A stretch of DNA of 64,000 nt from IMG/VR virus record IMGVR_UViG_3300021431_000113, positions 12,167 through 76,166 of that record; one strand, 5' to 3'. This stretch comes from a virus. Its lineage: Duplodnaviria; Caudoviricetes. The notes beneath the pieces are model-generated. The model was given only the letters and a program-made list of their open reading frames with translations. It had not been told where the DNA came from and ran no database searches. A program made the position numbers and the translations under genes. Positions 47,801-56,121 of this stretch are shown here, piece after piece (the stretch's first letter is position 1; each line of letters opens with the position of its first letter).

Positions 47801-48698
47801 TAATCAAGGATGGAATAAACTTTATCTTAATGAAGATGCTGGTAGAACTAAAAAATATGCTTTATATCATAAAAACTTTTATATTACAGATGACGGAGAA
47901 GTTGCTATTGGTTTAGATAAAAAAGCAAAAATATACACTAAAGAAGGTCGTATTGGTGATTGGGTTATAACCACACATGAATTAAGAGATATTAAACAAC
48001 ATATTGTATTAGACCCAGCAGATACTAATAATCCTGATAATGCAAGAGCATCTCAAATTAAACTTGGTCATAATCCATCAAGCAATACTTGGAATTTAAA
48101 ATTAATAGGTGATGGTTCTATTGAAGGACCGGATTGGAGTATAACTGCTGGCGGAGTAGCTACTTTTTCAAATTCAAATAATGAATTTACTTGTAAAGTA
48201 ATACATATGGGTAGTTCAACCTTAACTGAGGGGAATTGGGATTTACCTGCTGATTCAAGAATTAAATGGGGTAATCAAACTCTTAGTATTAATGCAAACG
48301 GATTTAATTTTAGCGGTTCTGCTTCATTTACTGGTCATGTTAATTTTGAAGATGATATAAATCTTAATAGCGGTAAAAAAATTACTGTTAGTAATACAGC
48401 AGTAGTGGCTGGTGATCATATATATTTTACAAGTGGCTATGGATTTTATGGTAATGGTAATGCGAAATTTGGAACTACTGAATTTGGAACTAATTCTATT
48501 ACAAGTGTTGGAAATATTACATCTAGTGGAGAAGTATCTGCAAATGTAATAAGAGGAAACTCTATTTATATTGGAAATCAAAGTTTAACAGCTTATATAC
48601 AATCTGTTGTTCAAAGCATGACATTTAGTTTAAGTGGAACTACTGGATATGAACAACAAGATGGTTCTCATCACTATCACAATGTTACAGTTTCATAA
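41883..48698 (+). CDS. Large tail tip / receptor-binding protein (2271 aa)
   Basis: Follows the TMP; N/T/Y-rich beta domains and C-terminal GxIG beta-repeat segments. Confidence 0.7.
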   Translation: MTHIDNSQNMSVEQVKEHLTNLINKQAKKVASEGNYDRTILATIQYCSNAVLGQYKIKYQNGYYSAYALDTTVKYSNGAAVYVTVPGNDLSNRLFIQGLATNDSTQKTYLTNLEGDQQYVTTGPNIINSIIYDNGDNFGLSSYWDMTEGREVTYYNYDWINDPEQFQNNKITLLDIGQITHSIRNGDGFIRFGGDFKTNLPNERKLQGDYGIRLVLVFDKIDPITQEATEYTETYELNTFRMDGTPFEFNEYASRYEYFEIDKENFKRIQSISAFVTGFPQGIQPSDTYRDIFIKNISLYSALKMYDAVANDDYVVKVLTPKGTSFGLDDSISSLPLEALFTVRGNEVEPSQNVQYFWAKKNINVKSVGDPKYLHYFGAGWQCLNKSEITRTNKEEITEEDLKNYIIDSTDYPSGYVGVLHWLSSQKINIQKELCLGRQTTIKCCVVYENQIYFSREYTITNYNGYYLILNSTNGTEFFNGKGYTSIIAGVFKTEVVGSGDAATFKPNPEPYSISNNIVYKWEIVNNGVTINLPTTTSSILYKSQPLWHYDEELGGFQDNIKTTVNESKGYLNALANKTQINVTLLECCIERFNYYNTWINNYTGNTSAADYVNSVEKRNNIVNHWKAFLDDQFNVDFKNELGLYVLGPANVTAKYNGYTTEQLKYFYDNNIDPLEANPNPVGIDTITYNYSDQPFDENEQNTLYNFRVGDIIQQATIRVTALVKDGNSYESLETKEIYLNNNEGTDLRYNLEIVNGNNTFQYDAGGLAPKMTIRPLSYRLYSQDGSLILDSAADDSDIVITNTKPKWSFYRASSLITTKYSEDLTSEYLYDPDIPGKVSVLNRAKFDFNIAEEYNVNYKERSNIELTITYQGTRYNASTNFTFTKQGDLGTNGTNMVLDIQDPIYEQYRSDVLTDKMFSMMTDGFDSKISSSPNERHLKNTYLYATRVYNDDGEGNPQEALSFDEGTFCNLKFAHGVNENQEYTPDKPRHFNVVGSTTTTLYGYWYENGNQTLINGDNTSKWQLTYTGLQKVQSQHIGGRSPIYDLPSFGISPTQGSSTTLTLTPPGNFEEGVPIFYKPMDVIYSKNNIDYQWTANNVVQCSASRKAQEQIDPATGNPIIRRNHGYYQIPFFFYSYYENRNGVYVNVTPDDPNKPEGALDPARHFVITGGYDEVLYGADGLNPQYNTQQPFTLNIFDIDGNNITDTVFDSNNVTVTWNTSYGFTRQPVVIGSVPAYSSFTRGKNLFNTYCTYNGKKYKCIVPHTPDQYVAIRDEKTNEVIKEYNKNPIGNNDFDFITPYWEEVTNNYFKRTQKITPPPSYEACAVNSLFNSWVSVKLIYDTGEIKIEAAALLPINILCNMYGSDEINGWDGRKTVVDDGYIISNKVAAGIKDDSNVFTGITIGQKMITNGTTDKTEVGLFGYGRYANSNVDGRTGYGQTIFLDAKTGLAAFGPRGSTQIILNPKIPAENTIEESWSRLAGWYFSSNYLYKPLWADDNYLSSTDDSGNSDYYNTNPPDADGTVIPGSIGFYVPSSKKAGQLTKDTVFMWASAAGVTSSSFDDDGKLTVLQDLVRSIKTLMQSEGFPLVYHTKVESIQIIPIVLTNSTISNYTMLASVYESSTPVITALNEYKTSWLDMIDAIQEDEEAHDIYETIVGQISSINDLFNAQHFPLVTRDGVVVRPIVDDGITIENYQDLLKWYVNSNEPRVTAYSDMIENLAISLQNYERNYYQLVHYMYRTLSDYPILMAQKLQALKTAIETTGIRTKSISTWNIDNPYIFIYNADKVTIDNFEEISLYYIRPAYSAGEVPREKLNILNDKFGDYLELHNEYEEWKASFEGQGAAISYTDSNSKKMDANFYVTYGGKMKCNNAEVAGKITARSGAIGEGTRGTLQIATYHYDSETQRNQYYLLYNPVFQVKGSDEGTATEPSVFIDGTIRAKSGQIGKTGNVDGKANGTLFIEYAWYPWNLPSDNQGWNKLYLNEDAGRTKKYALYHKNFYITDDGEVAIGLDKKAKIYTKEGRIGDWVITTHELRDIKQHIVLDPADTNNPDNARASQIKLGHNPSSNTWNLKLIGDGSIEGPDWSITAGGVATFSNSNNEFTCKVIHMGSSTLTEGNWDLPADSRIKWGNQTLSINANGFNFSGSASFTGHVNFEDDINLNSGKKITVSNTAVVAGDHIYFTSGYGFYGNGNAKFGTTEFGTNSITSVGNITSSGEVSANVIRGNSIYIGNQSLTAYIQSVVQSMTFSLSGTTGYEQQDGSHHYHNVTVS

Positions 48699-48723
48699 AA
48701 TAAAAAAAAAGGAGATAAAAGGA

Positions 48724-48966
48724 ATGGAAGAAAGAGATGTTAATTTAGTCATTGAAGAAGTTAAAACACAGGTAATAAATACTATTAATCAGTCTGGATT
48801 ACCTATTAGTGTAGTTTATTACATTATGAAAGATGTAATGAATGGACTTGATACTACTTATAATGATTATATTAAGCAAGCATATAATAGGGAACAGCAG
48901 CAAATGAATAAACCTGCTCCCGAAGAAGAAATGACAGAAATAGAACCTTCTATTATTGAGGACTAA
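48724..48966 (+). CDS. Small tail-associated protein
   Basis: Start MEERDV after RBS AAGGAG. Confidence 0.7.
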   Translation: MEERDVNLVIEEVKTQVINTINQSGLPISVVYYIMKDVMNGLDTTYNDYIKQAYNREQQQMNKPAPEEEMTEIEPSIIED

Positions 48967-49001
48967 ACTGATTAAATTAAGAACAAGAAGTTTGATATTA
49001 T
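48960..49001 (+). promoter_or_regulatory. Candidate phage-specific promoter (copy 4)
   Basis: GGACT-N5-GATTAA-N20-TATTAT. Confidence 0.5.
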
Positions 49002-49033
49002 AAAGAGATTTTATAAGGGGGATTACAAGCTAA

Positions 49034-49492
49034 ATGAATGCACTTATTAATTTACTTACTCAATTTACACTACCTCAAATAATTCTCTTTATAATATTGC
49101 TTTTTGTTGCAGTTAAAGAGATTTCAGACTTTGTAGACTGGGTAAGAGGGAGATTCTCAAAGAGAGATGAAAAGTTAAAAACTGAATATGAAGAAAAAGA
49201 AGAAAATGAAGAACGATTAGATAAATTAGAAAATAATGTTAATGAATTAACTAAAAAGGTAAACCATATAACAGATAAACTAGATTTACTTATTGACTCT
49301 GATAAAGATGCGATTAAAGCATATATCACAAAAGAACATCATTATTTCTGTTATAAGGTTGGTTGGATTGACGATTACAGCTTAGACTGTTTAGAACATA
49401 GATTTGAACATTACAAAGAAGAGGAAGGTAATAGCTTTATTGAAGGTTTAATGAATGAGCTTCGCGCATTACCTAAAAACACAATAAAATAA
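49034..49492 (+). CDS. Membrane-anchored coiled-coil protein (holin-like)
   Basis: N-terminal TM segment IILFIILLFVAV and a coiled coil. Confidence 0.5.
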   Translation: MNALINLLTQFTLPQIILFIILLFVAVKEISDFVDWVRGRFSKRDEKLKTEYEEKEENEERLDKLENNVNELTKKVNHITDKLDLLIDSDKDAIKAYITKEHHYFCYKVGWIDDYSLDCLEHRFEHYKEEEGNSFIEGLMNELRALPKNTIK

Positions 49493-49520
49493 AAATATGA
49501 GATAAAAGGAGGATAATGAC

Positions 49521-51266
49521 ATGGCTGTAACAGAAACAAGGTTGTTTCCGCCAATTATGGCGCCTTATTTACCAGCAAAAAATATTAATTCTGTTAATCA
49601 GGGTATTCGTATTACTTTTGATATAAATGAGTTAAACAACATTACAGATATTAAAGAAATTCATGTTGTTATTACTCGACAATCAGATTATAATTCTTTG
49701 TTTAATTCTCGTTTATATCCTTTGGGCATATATCCTTTTACTATCCAAGAAGGAAGTACTGTATTACAAGATGGATATATTGATATTCCAAGCAGAATTA
49801 ATCCGCAATCAGAAATATCAGATCCTATTATAAATGTAGGCGAGTTAAATTTTAATGAATATTATAAAGTGCAACTAAGATTTTCTCAAGTTGCATGTTG
49901 TGGAGATGCCATAGGTTCAGAATTATCTGATATTTTACTTAATGAGAGTAACATGGCTCAATTTTCAGAATGGTCTTCAGTTAGCGCATTACGTTTTATA
50001 GCACCACCTACTTTTATTTTAAGAGGTAATGTTGCTAATAATGTATTAAATCCTGATGCACAAACTGCACAGATGATAACTGGAAATTTTTTAAGCTTAT
50101 ACGGTAAGTATATTAAAACTGGTACTTACAATATTATGGGACAAGCTTTTGATTATTCTGATGATAAAGAGTATTTGTCTAGTTGGACAATAGATGTTTA
50201 TCAAATTATTGAAGGACAAGATGAATTAAAAATAACTAGTGGTCTTCAAGTAGTTAATTATCGTGGTGCAAATATTGACCAAATTCAATATGATATACCA
50301 TTCTATTTTATGAATAATACTAATTATAAAATAACATTAACTATTACTACTGCTAATTTATACACTACTTCTTTTAATTATTTAGTTACAGCAGATTCTA
50401 GTGAGAATAGTTGGGGAGACCAGGTTGTATTAAATGAATATACTTCTCTTGATAGTGTTATTGGTAAAGTAAATATTAGTTTTGAAACTAAGACTGAACA
50501 GACTGTTCCAGCTGGCGGAGATTTAATTATTAGACGTGCAGAACGTACAGATAATTTTACTCATTGGGAACAGATATGGCATTATCATTTTAATGAACCT
50601 TATCAAACTGATGGAAATCCTATAGTATTTAATGATTTCACTATTGAAAGTGGACAAATTTATAAATATAGTGTTGTATATATAACTAGCGGTGGTATCG
50701 CCTACAGTATCATTGAGGGTCCAATATTATCTATATTTGACCATGCTTTCTTAACAGGAGAAGGAACTCAATTATGCGTTAAATTTAATCCTAATCTTAC
50801 AAATATGAAAATTAATGTTTCAGATAATTCGGTTAATACAGTAGGAGGTCAATACCCTATAATATCAAGAAATGGTAATATGTATTATCGTTCATTTACT
50901 TTATCTGGAACTATTGCTTATGAAATGGATGCGGAGCATCAATTTGCAACCCGCAGTTCAATATATGGAGAATGGATAAGTGTCTATGGTAGTTATTTTG
51001 TTAATAGATATATTAATCAATATAATGATAGAATTACACAACGAGAATTTAGAGAATTAGTTATTGCTTATTTATACAGCGATCAACCTAAATTATTTAG
51101 GTCTACTCCTGAAGGCAATATTTTAGTTCGTTTAACTGATATTAATTTAACACCAAATACACAATTGGGTAGAATGATTTATGATTTTAGCTGTACCGCA
51201 ACTGAAATAGGAGATTGTTCTATTGATAATTATAAATTATATAAAATTCAAGATTTTGGTGAGTAA
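49521..51266 (+). CDS. Baseplate / distal-tail-like protein with Ig/FN3-like domains
   Basis: Beta-rich; C-terminal FTLSGTI...KLFRSTPEGNILV...FSCTATEI. Confidence 0.55.
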   Translation: MAVTETRLFPPIMAPYLPAKNINSVNQGIRITFDINELNNITDIKEIHVVITRQSDYNSLFNSRLYPLGIYPFTIQEGSTVLQDGYIDIPSRINPQSEISDPIINVGELNFNEYYKVQLRFSQVACCGDAIGSELSDILLNESNMAQFSEWSSVSALRFIAPPTFILRGNVANNVLNPDAQTAQMITGNFLSLYGKYIKTGTYNIMGQAFDYSDDKEYLSSWTIDVYQIIEGQDELKITSGLQVVNYRGANIDQIQYDIPFYFMNNTNYKITLTITTANLYTTSFNYLVTADSSENSWGDQVVLNEYTSLDSVIGKVNISFETKTEQTVPAGGDLIIRRAERTDNFTHWEQIWHYHFNEPYQTDGNPIVFNDFTIESGQIYKYSVVYITSGGIAYSIIEGPILSIFDHAFLTGEGTQLCVKFNPNLTNMKINVSDNSVNTVGGQYPIISRNGNMYYRSFTLSGTIAYEMDAEHQFATRSSIYGEWISVYGSYFVNRYINQYNDRITQREFRELVIAYLYSDQPKLFRSTPEGNILVRLTDINLTPNTQLGRMIYDFSCTATEIGDCSIDNYKLYKIQDFGE

Positions 51267-51277
51267 GGAGGTATATT

Positions 51278-53521
51278 ATGAAAAAATATTATCCTTACTT
51301 ACAAGATTATATCTTTTTAGATAAAATATATACTCAACAGAATCAAACTACTTTTACTAAAATTACTGTATTAGATTGGGCAGAAAGACCTATTCAAGAA
51401 GTTCAAGGTAGAGTACTTTCTGCCTCAATATCAATTAATGGAGATTCTTCTGTACGTAGAACCGCCAATTTAAGTATAAAAATACTTGATTATAATGAAC
51501 TTTATACAAATATTGATAGTTTATTTTCCATTAATAAAAAAGTATTTATTGAAACAGGTTTTAAAAACAATATTAGACATTTTGGAGAAGAATATTATCC
51601 AGATTATGATATTATTTGGTTCCCTTTAGGCACATATGTTATTACTAGTTATAATGTTACACATGATTTAACAGGTATCACTTTAAGTTTAACTCTTAGT
51701 GATAAAATGTGTTTATTGAATGGGACAGCGGGAGGAACTATTCCCGCATCAGTAAACTTTGAATCTTATGATACTCTTGGTCCAGATGGAGATTTACACA
51801 CTAAATATATTAAAATTAATCGAATTATTCCTGAGCTAGTCAATCATTTTGGTGGAGAAGATTTAAATAATATCTTGGTTACTGATATTCCAAATAGAAT
51901 AAAAACTGTTTTACGTTGGATTAGTGCAAATCCACTTTATTTGTATCAAAATACAGATAACCCAAAAAATTTTTTATATACAACTATTAACACAAATAAA
52001 AACGTAATTGGAAATAATAAAGTAAATACTTTTACTTATGGGTTTGATTGTGGGTATACTTATGGTGATTTTGTATTCCCTGGAGAACTTACTGCAAATC
52101 CAGGTGATAGTGTTTGTACGGTTTTAGACAAAATAAAAAATCAGTTAGGTAATTTTGAATATTTTTATGATGTTTTTGGTATATTTAGGTTTCAAGAAAT
52201 TAAAAATTATGTAAACACAACAGAATGGAGAACAGCTTTTATAGATTATGAAGTTGATAAGGATATTAAGTTACCTTATGCGTATAATAGAGTTTTAAAT
52301 AGTAATGTATATGATTTTAGTAATAAAAATCTTATTATTAGCTATAATAACAATCCAAGTTTTGATATGATAAAAAACGATTTTATTGTTTGGGGAGTTA
52401 GAAAGAATGATAACAATCAACAATTACCTTGTCGATATCATTTGGCTATTGATGAAAAGCCTAAACTTGAAGATAATTGGGTTATAAACAGAGATGTTTT
52501 TAGTAAAGGTCTTTGCTTTGATACTCATATGGATGATTTTATTAGAAGAGCACATCCTATCAATGAAGAATATGTTACTTTAGCAGAACTTAAAGAAAAG
52601 CTTCCTGAAGGGATTGTAGGTAAATATTATTACATAATCAGCGAAAATGCAGTTTATACATGGGTAACGGATGTTGAAAAATATAAAAATGATTTAAGCA
52701 ATTATCAAACTGCAGCCTATGTGCCAACGCAAGAATCTATAACAACATCTATAATACCTTCTTCGCAAGACAGCTATCCAGGATATGTAAAACTTGAATT
52801 AGCAACTTATTATTCTTTATCAACTCCTGAAACAAGTTTTATTATTAGTAAAAATACTGACTGGAGAAATATATTATATTGGCAAGGTGTAATTGCAGCT
52901 TTCATAGGAACTGATACAGGATACTATTGGGCTGAATTATGTAATGAATGGCCGAAGCTTTTTGATGTTGAAAACGGAAGTTATTATCCAGATAAGATTG
53001 TTAATCCATCTAGTTTTGATTGGTGGTTAGATATTATTGATGATGATTCTGATTTAAATAAGTTCTGTGTAAAAAATATTGGAAGACGAAGTTATGCTAA
53101 AAATGATAGTGGGTGTAATTGTGTTTTTGAACCTTTAATTCCTAATTTAGTAATGGTAAATAAAAATGATAAAGGTGCAATAGTAGATGTACGTTCAGGT
53201 ATAACTGATTCTGAATTAAGTGAATTAGGATTAATTCCTGTTCAGGTAGATATGTCAATTATTAATTCTACAGGACTTGGAGGATTATATAATTCATGTT
53301 ACGAACATATTAAACAAATTTTACAAGATTATATTAATTATAATGAATCTATAAGTATTACTTGTTTACCTATCTATCATCTTGAGCCTAATACTAGAAT
53401 ACGTTTAAATGATCCTGAATCAGGTATTTATGGTGATTATATAATTAATACAATTTCGTATTCTTTAGGGAATGGAAATACAATGAATATTTCTGCAAAG
53501 AAAGTTAATGAAAAAATTTAA
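51278..53521 (+). CDS. Tail/baseplate hub-like protein
   Basis: SINGDSSVRRTANL N-terminus and SITCLPIYHLEPN C-terminus. Confidence 0.55.
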   Translation: MKKYYPYLQDYIFLDKIYTQQNQTTFTKITVLDWAERPIQEVQGRVLSASISINGDSSVRRTANLSIKILDYNELYTNIDSLFSINKKVFIETGFKNNIRHFGEEYYPDYDIIWFPLGTYVITSYNVTHDLTGITLSLTLSDKMCLLNGTAGGTIPASVNFESYDTLGPDGDLHTKYIKINRIIPELVNHFGGEDLNNILVTDIPNRIKTVLRWISANPLYLYQNTDNPKNFLYTTINTNKNVIGNNKVNTFTYGFDCGYTYGDFVFPGELTANPGDSVCTVLDKIKNQLGNFEYFYDVFGIFRFQEIKNYVNTTEWRTAFIDYEVDKDIKLPYAYNRVLNSNVYDFSNKNLIISYNNNPSFDMIKNDFIVWGVRKNDNNQQLPCRYHLAIDEKPKLEDNWVINRDVFSKGLCFDTHMDDFIRRAHPINEEYVTLAELKEKLPEGIVGKYYYIISENAVYTWVTDVEKYKNDLSNYQTAAYVPTQESITTSIIPSSQDSYPGYVKLELATYYSLSTPETSFIISKNTDWRNILYWQGVIAAFIGTDTGYYWAELCNEWPKLFDVENGSYYPDKIVNPSSFDWWLDIIDDDSDLNKFCVKNIGRRSYAKNDSGCNCVFEPLIPNLVMVNKNDKGAIVDVRSGITDSELSELGLIPVQVDMSIINSTGLGGLYNSCYEHIKQILQDYINYNESISITCLPIYHLEPNTRIRLNDPESGIYGDYIINTISYSLGNGNTMNISAKKVNEKI

Positions 53522-53549
53522 GGGGATGCTTACGCATCCCCTCTTTTTT
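53521..53549. terminator. Bidirectional terminator between convergent modules
   Basis: AGGGGATGC/GCATCCCCT stem with T/A runs. Confidence 0.8.
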
Positions 53550-54063
53550 ATGTCCAATTAAAAGCTTGCGGTTCTGGTTCGTGATGAATTTTACCGTGTC
53601 CAATACATATTGCATCCGCAATATCATCATTTACTTCTAAGTTGTAGTTTTGCTTTACGAACTCTATATCTCTAAATTTTAAAGTTTCTCTATTTGCGCC
53701 ACCTTGTTTGATTCCACACCATTTTCGCCAAGTGCTCGCGCCTACAAGTTCAACATCTAAGTTATAATGATCAAACATTAACACTATTGCTGCTTGAAGA
53801 TAAAATAATGCTTTAAATGTATTTTGATTACGTGTCCACTTAGCATCATTAAGATTATCTGGAATTACTTGTTCCATTACTATTTGCACTTTTTCTAATC
53901 TATATTCTTTATATACTTCTTCTATTTTATCAGTCATAAATTTAATACGTTTTAATACACCGTTAGCATTATTTATGAAATTATATTTTTCAACTAATTC
54001 TTTATCTTGAAATACAGCTACACCTGTTGATTTAGTTGAAGCATCTATAGCTATTGTTATCAT
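53548..54063 (-). CDS. RuvC-like Holliday junction resolvase
   Basis: AIDASTKSTG, VMEQ and DDIADAICIG motifs. Confidence 0.8.
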   Translation of the reverse strand: MITIAIDASTKSTGVAVFQDKELVEKYNFINNANGVLKRIKFMTDKIEEVYKEYRLEKVQIVMEQVIPDNLNDAKWTRNQNTFKALFYLQAAIVLMFDHYNLDVELVGASTWRKWCGIKQGGANRETLKFRDIEFVKQNYNLEVNDDIADAICIGHGKIHHEPEPQAFNWT

Positions 54064-54256
54064 TCGCTACCTCCTATACTAAATTTAGTATATCAAAAAT
54101 TTTTAATTTTGTCAAGCGCAAAGTTGCTAAAATCTATTAAATGATTTTTTAGATAAATGATATCTTGTTCATTTTCTTTGTTTTTGCTTTAAATCTTAGC
54201 AAATAAGAAACAGGACAAAATAAAAAAGAGCTGGCTCGCGCCAGCTTTTTTCTTTT

Positions 54257-54724
54257 TTATTCCCCTGTACTTCCGAAACCGCCTTCTCCTCTTTCTGTTT
54301 CATCAAGATATGGTCTTTCATAGAATACAGTCTGATAGCAAGGTTGAATTACTAATTGAGCAATTCTATCACCTTTACTAATTTTCTGTGGAACTGAAGA
54401 CTGATTATATAAACATACTATCAGTTCTCCACGATAATCTGAATCAATTACTCCTACTTTATTTGCAGGAGCCAGCCCTGATTTACACGCAAGTCCGCTT
54501 CGCGCATATATGGCACCAAATGAACCATTTGGCAATTCAACAGCAATCCCTGTATTAATTTTAATTGTATCTCCTGGATTAATTAAAACTTCCCAAGATT
54601 CTTTATCACACATCTGTCCTTCATATCCGCATGCATACAGGTCAGCGCCAGCTGAAAAAGGACTTCCATAAGTTGGTATCTGAGCAGATTCATATAATCT
54701 TTTAAATACTGTAAATGTTAACAT
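54257..54724 (-). CDS. dut: Trimeric dUTPase
   Basis: AGADL, RSGLA, GVIDSDYRGE, RIAQL and RGEGGFGSTG motifs. Confidence 0.95.
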   Translation of the reverse strand: MLTFTVFKRLYESAQIPTYGSPFSAGADLYACGYEGQMCDKESWEVLINPGDTIKINTGIAVELPNGSFGAIYARSGLACKSGLAPANKVGVIDSDYRGELIVCLYNQSSVPQKISKGDRIAQLVIQPCYQTVFYERPYLDETERGEGGFGSTGE

Positions 54725-54727
54725 TTA

Positions 54728-54967
54728 TTACACCTCATAATTAATTGTTGCAGTAACTTCAGGATCCTTCTCCTCGGTGAAACCTTTGGTAAATGTAACT
54801 TTATACCAGGCATCTATAACTTCACCTTTTGCTTTTCTTTCTTTATACTGAGAAGTATATTTAAGCAGCTGGAATCTGCCATCCGCCTTAGCTTCCTCAA
54901 TCATTTCTTTAACTTGATCTTCTGTATCAACTCTATAAGTTTCTGTTACTTGAATAAGATATTTCAT
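54728..54967 (-). CDS. Hypothetical protein
   Basis: ORF with RBS AAGGAG. Confidence 0.8.
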   Translation of the reverse strand: MKYLIQVTETYRVDTEDQVKEMIEEAKADGRFQLLKYTSQYKERKAKGEVIDAWYKVTFTKGFTEEKDPEVTATINYEV

Positions 54968-54968
54968 A

Positions 54969-55238
54969 TTATTCTACTCCTTTTAATGTAATTTTTAATT
55001 GATTGTTATTATATTTACTAAACTCTGCTTTCTGAATATCTTGTCTTACTTTTGTACAAATTTCATCATTTCCATGAAGTTGTAACTCACTGATATTATA
55101 TTCAGTAATCAGTTGCATAATTTCATTACTGTAGTTGGCTAAATCTGCTAATCTTACTTCTTCTGTATTTCTCTTTTCATCCAATACATATATCTTTTGT
55201 TTAGCATCAAAAGGTCTAATGTAACTAGCTAAAATCAT
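54969..55238 (-). CDS. Hypothetical protein
   Basis: Start re-assigned to MILASY after RBS AGGAGG. Confidence 0.75.
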   Translation of the reverse strand: MILASYIRPFDAKQKIYVLDEKRNTEEVRLADLANYSNEIMQLITEYNISELQLHGNDEICTKVRQDIQKAEFSKYNNNQLKITLKGVE

Positions 55239-55249
55239 TGTCTCCCTCC

Positions 55250-55639
55250 TTATGCACATTCAATGACAGCTTCGTCATATGGGAATAAATAATAACAATA
55301 AGGTTCATCATCTATATTAATCCATATTTCAATAGCAACTCCATCCCCTGTTTTTTCTATTGATAATATAGATCCCCTATTAATGCAGCATCCAATTACC
55401 TCTTTTGCGGCAGTATGTGGTGCAGTAATACTAAAGTGATCTAACGCAAAGATAGTATAATCGCGCTGTTCATGACATAACATCATAGCATATTTTTGTA
55501 TTCCTTCAAAGAAATCTTCAATTAAAAATTGTTTAGTTGCTAATTCAGGATGCGTTAAAGGTTTTTCAATTTGTTTTACAAGTTGTTTGTTTACATCATA
55601 TAAAGTAGCACCTAAATCAACATCATATTTATTATTCAT
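55250..55639 (-). CDS. Hypothetical protein
   Basis: ORF with RBS AGGAG. Confidence 0.8.
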   Translation of the reverse strand: MNNKYDVDLGATLYDVNKQLVKQIEKPLTHPELATKQFLIEDFFEGIQKYAMMLCHEQRDYTIFALDHFSITAPHTAAKEVIGCCINRGSILSIEKTGDGVAIEIWINIDDEPYCYYLFPYDEAVIECA

Positions 55640-55647
55640 TTTATCTC

Positions 55648-56121
55648 CTAACTTATACGTTTTGCATATTGATTTGAACTTGCAAGTTCAACCCCTAAGA
55701 GTATATCATAACAAGGTTTATCATTTGGAATGAAACGACCAAATTTTACAATTATATTATTAAATTGTTTTAAATAATCTAGATATGGAAAAATTTCTTC
55801 TTCTGTATATCCGGTATAGATAACGATATCATCATTACTTACTTTCCTAAACTTTTTAATAAATTTTATTACCTCAGATAATGAATCAAAAGGTTCAAGT
55901 CCTTGCATTACAATAGCTTCAGTAAGAGGATTATTAATATACATTTGAATGATTACTTCGTCATCTATTTCTATATTGGGCGCGGAAGCAAGTTTACTAT
56001 TTTGGCAAATTTGCATCCCGCGCTCTTTATCACATTTAAAAGTACATTTTGGGAATTCTAATACCATAGATATTTTTTTATAATTTATGGTATCAGATTC
56101 AATTATTCCTTTTAATATCAT
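55648..56121 (-). CDS. nrdG: Anaerobic RNR activase (radical SAM)
   Basis: C-x3-C-x8-C-QN cluster and IYTGY; overlaps the nrdD stop. Confidence 0.85.
   Translation of the reverse strand: MILKGIIESDTINYKKISMVLEFPKCTFKCDKERGMQICQNSKLASAPNIEIDDEVIIQMYINNPLTEAIVMQGLEPFDSLSEVIKFIKKFRKVSNDDIVIYTGYTEEEIFPYLDYLKQFNNIIVKFGRFIPNDKPCYDILLGVELASSNQYAKRIS

Noticed and set aside
49034-49492. Complete lysis cassette
   Set aside because: Only a holin-like membrane protein is present; no amidase or muramidase motif was found nearby.
41883-53521. Diversity-generating retroelement acting on tail genes
   Set aside because: No reverse transcriptase and no TR/VR pair differing at adenines was noticed.
54213-54256. 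Sixth copy of the phage-specific promoter motif (GGACAAAATA)
   Set aside because: Lacks the GATWAA box at +10, points against the local genes and abuts a terminator.
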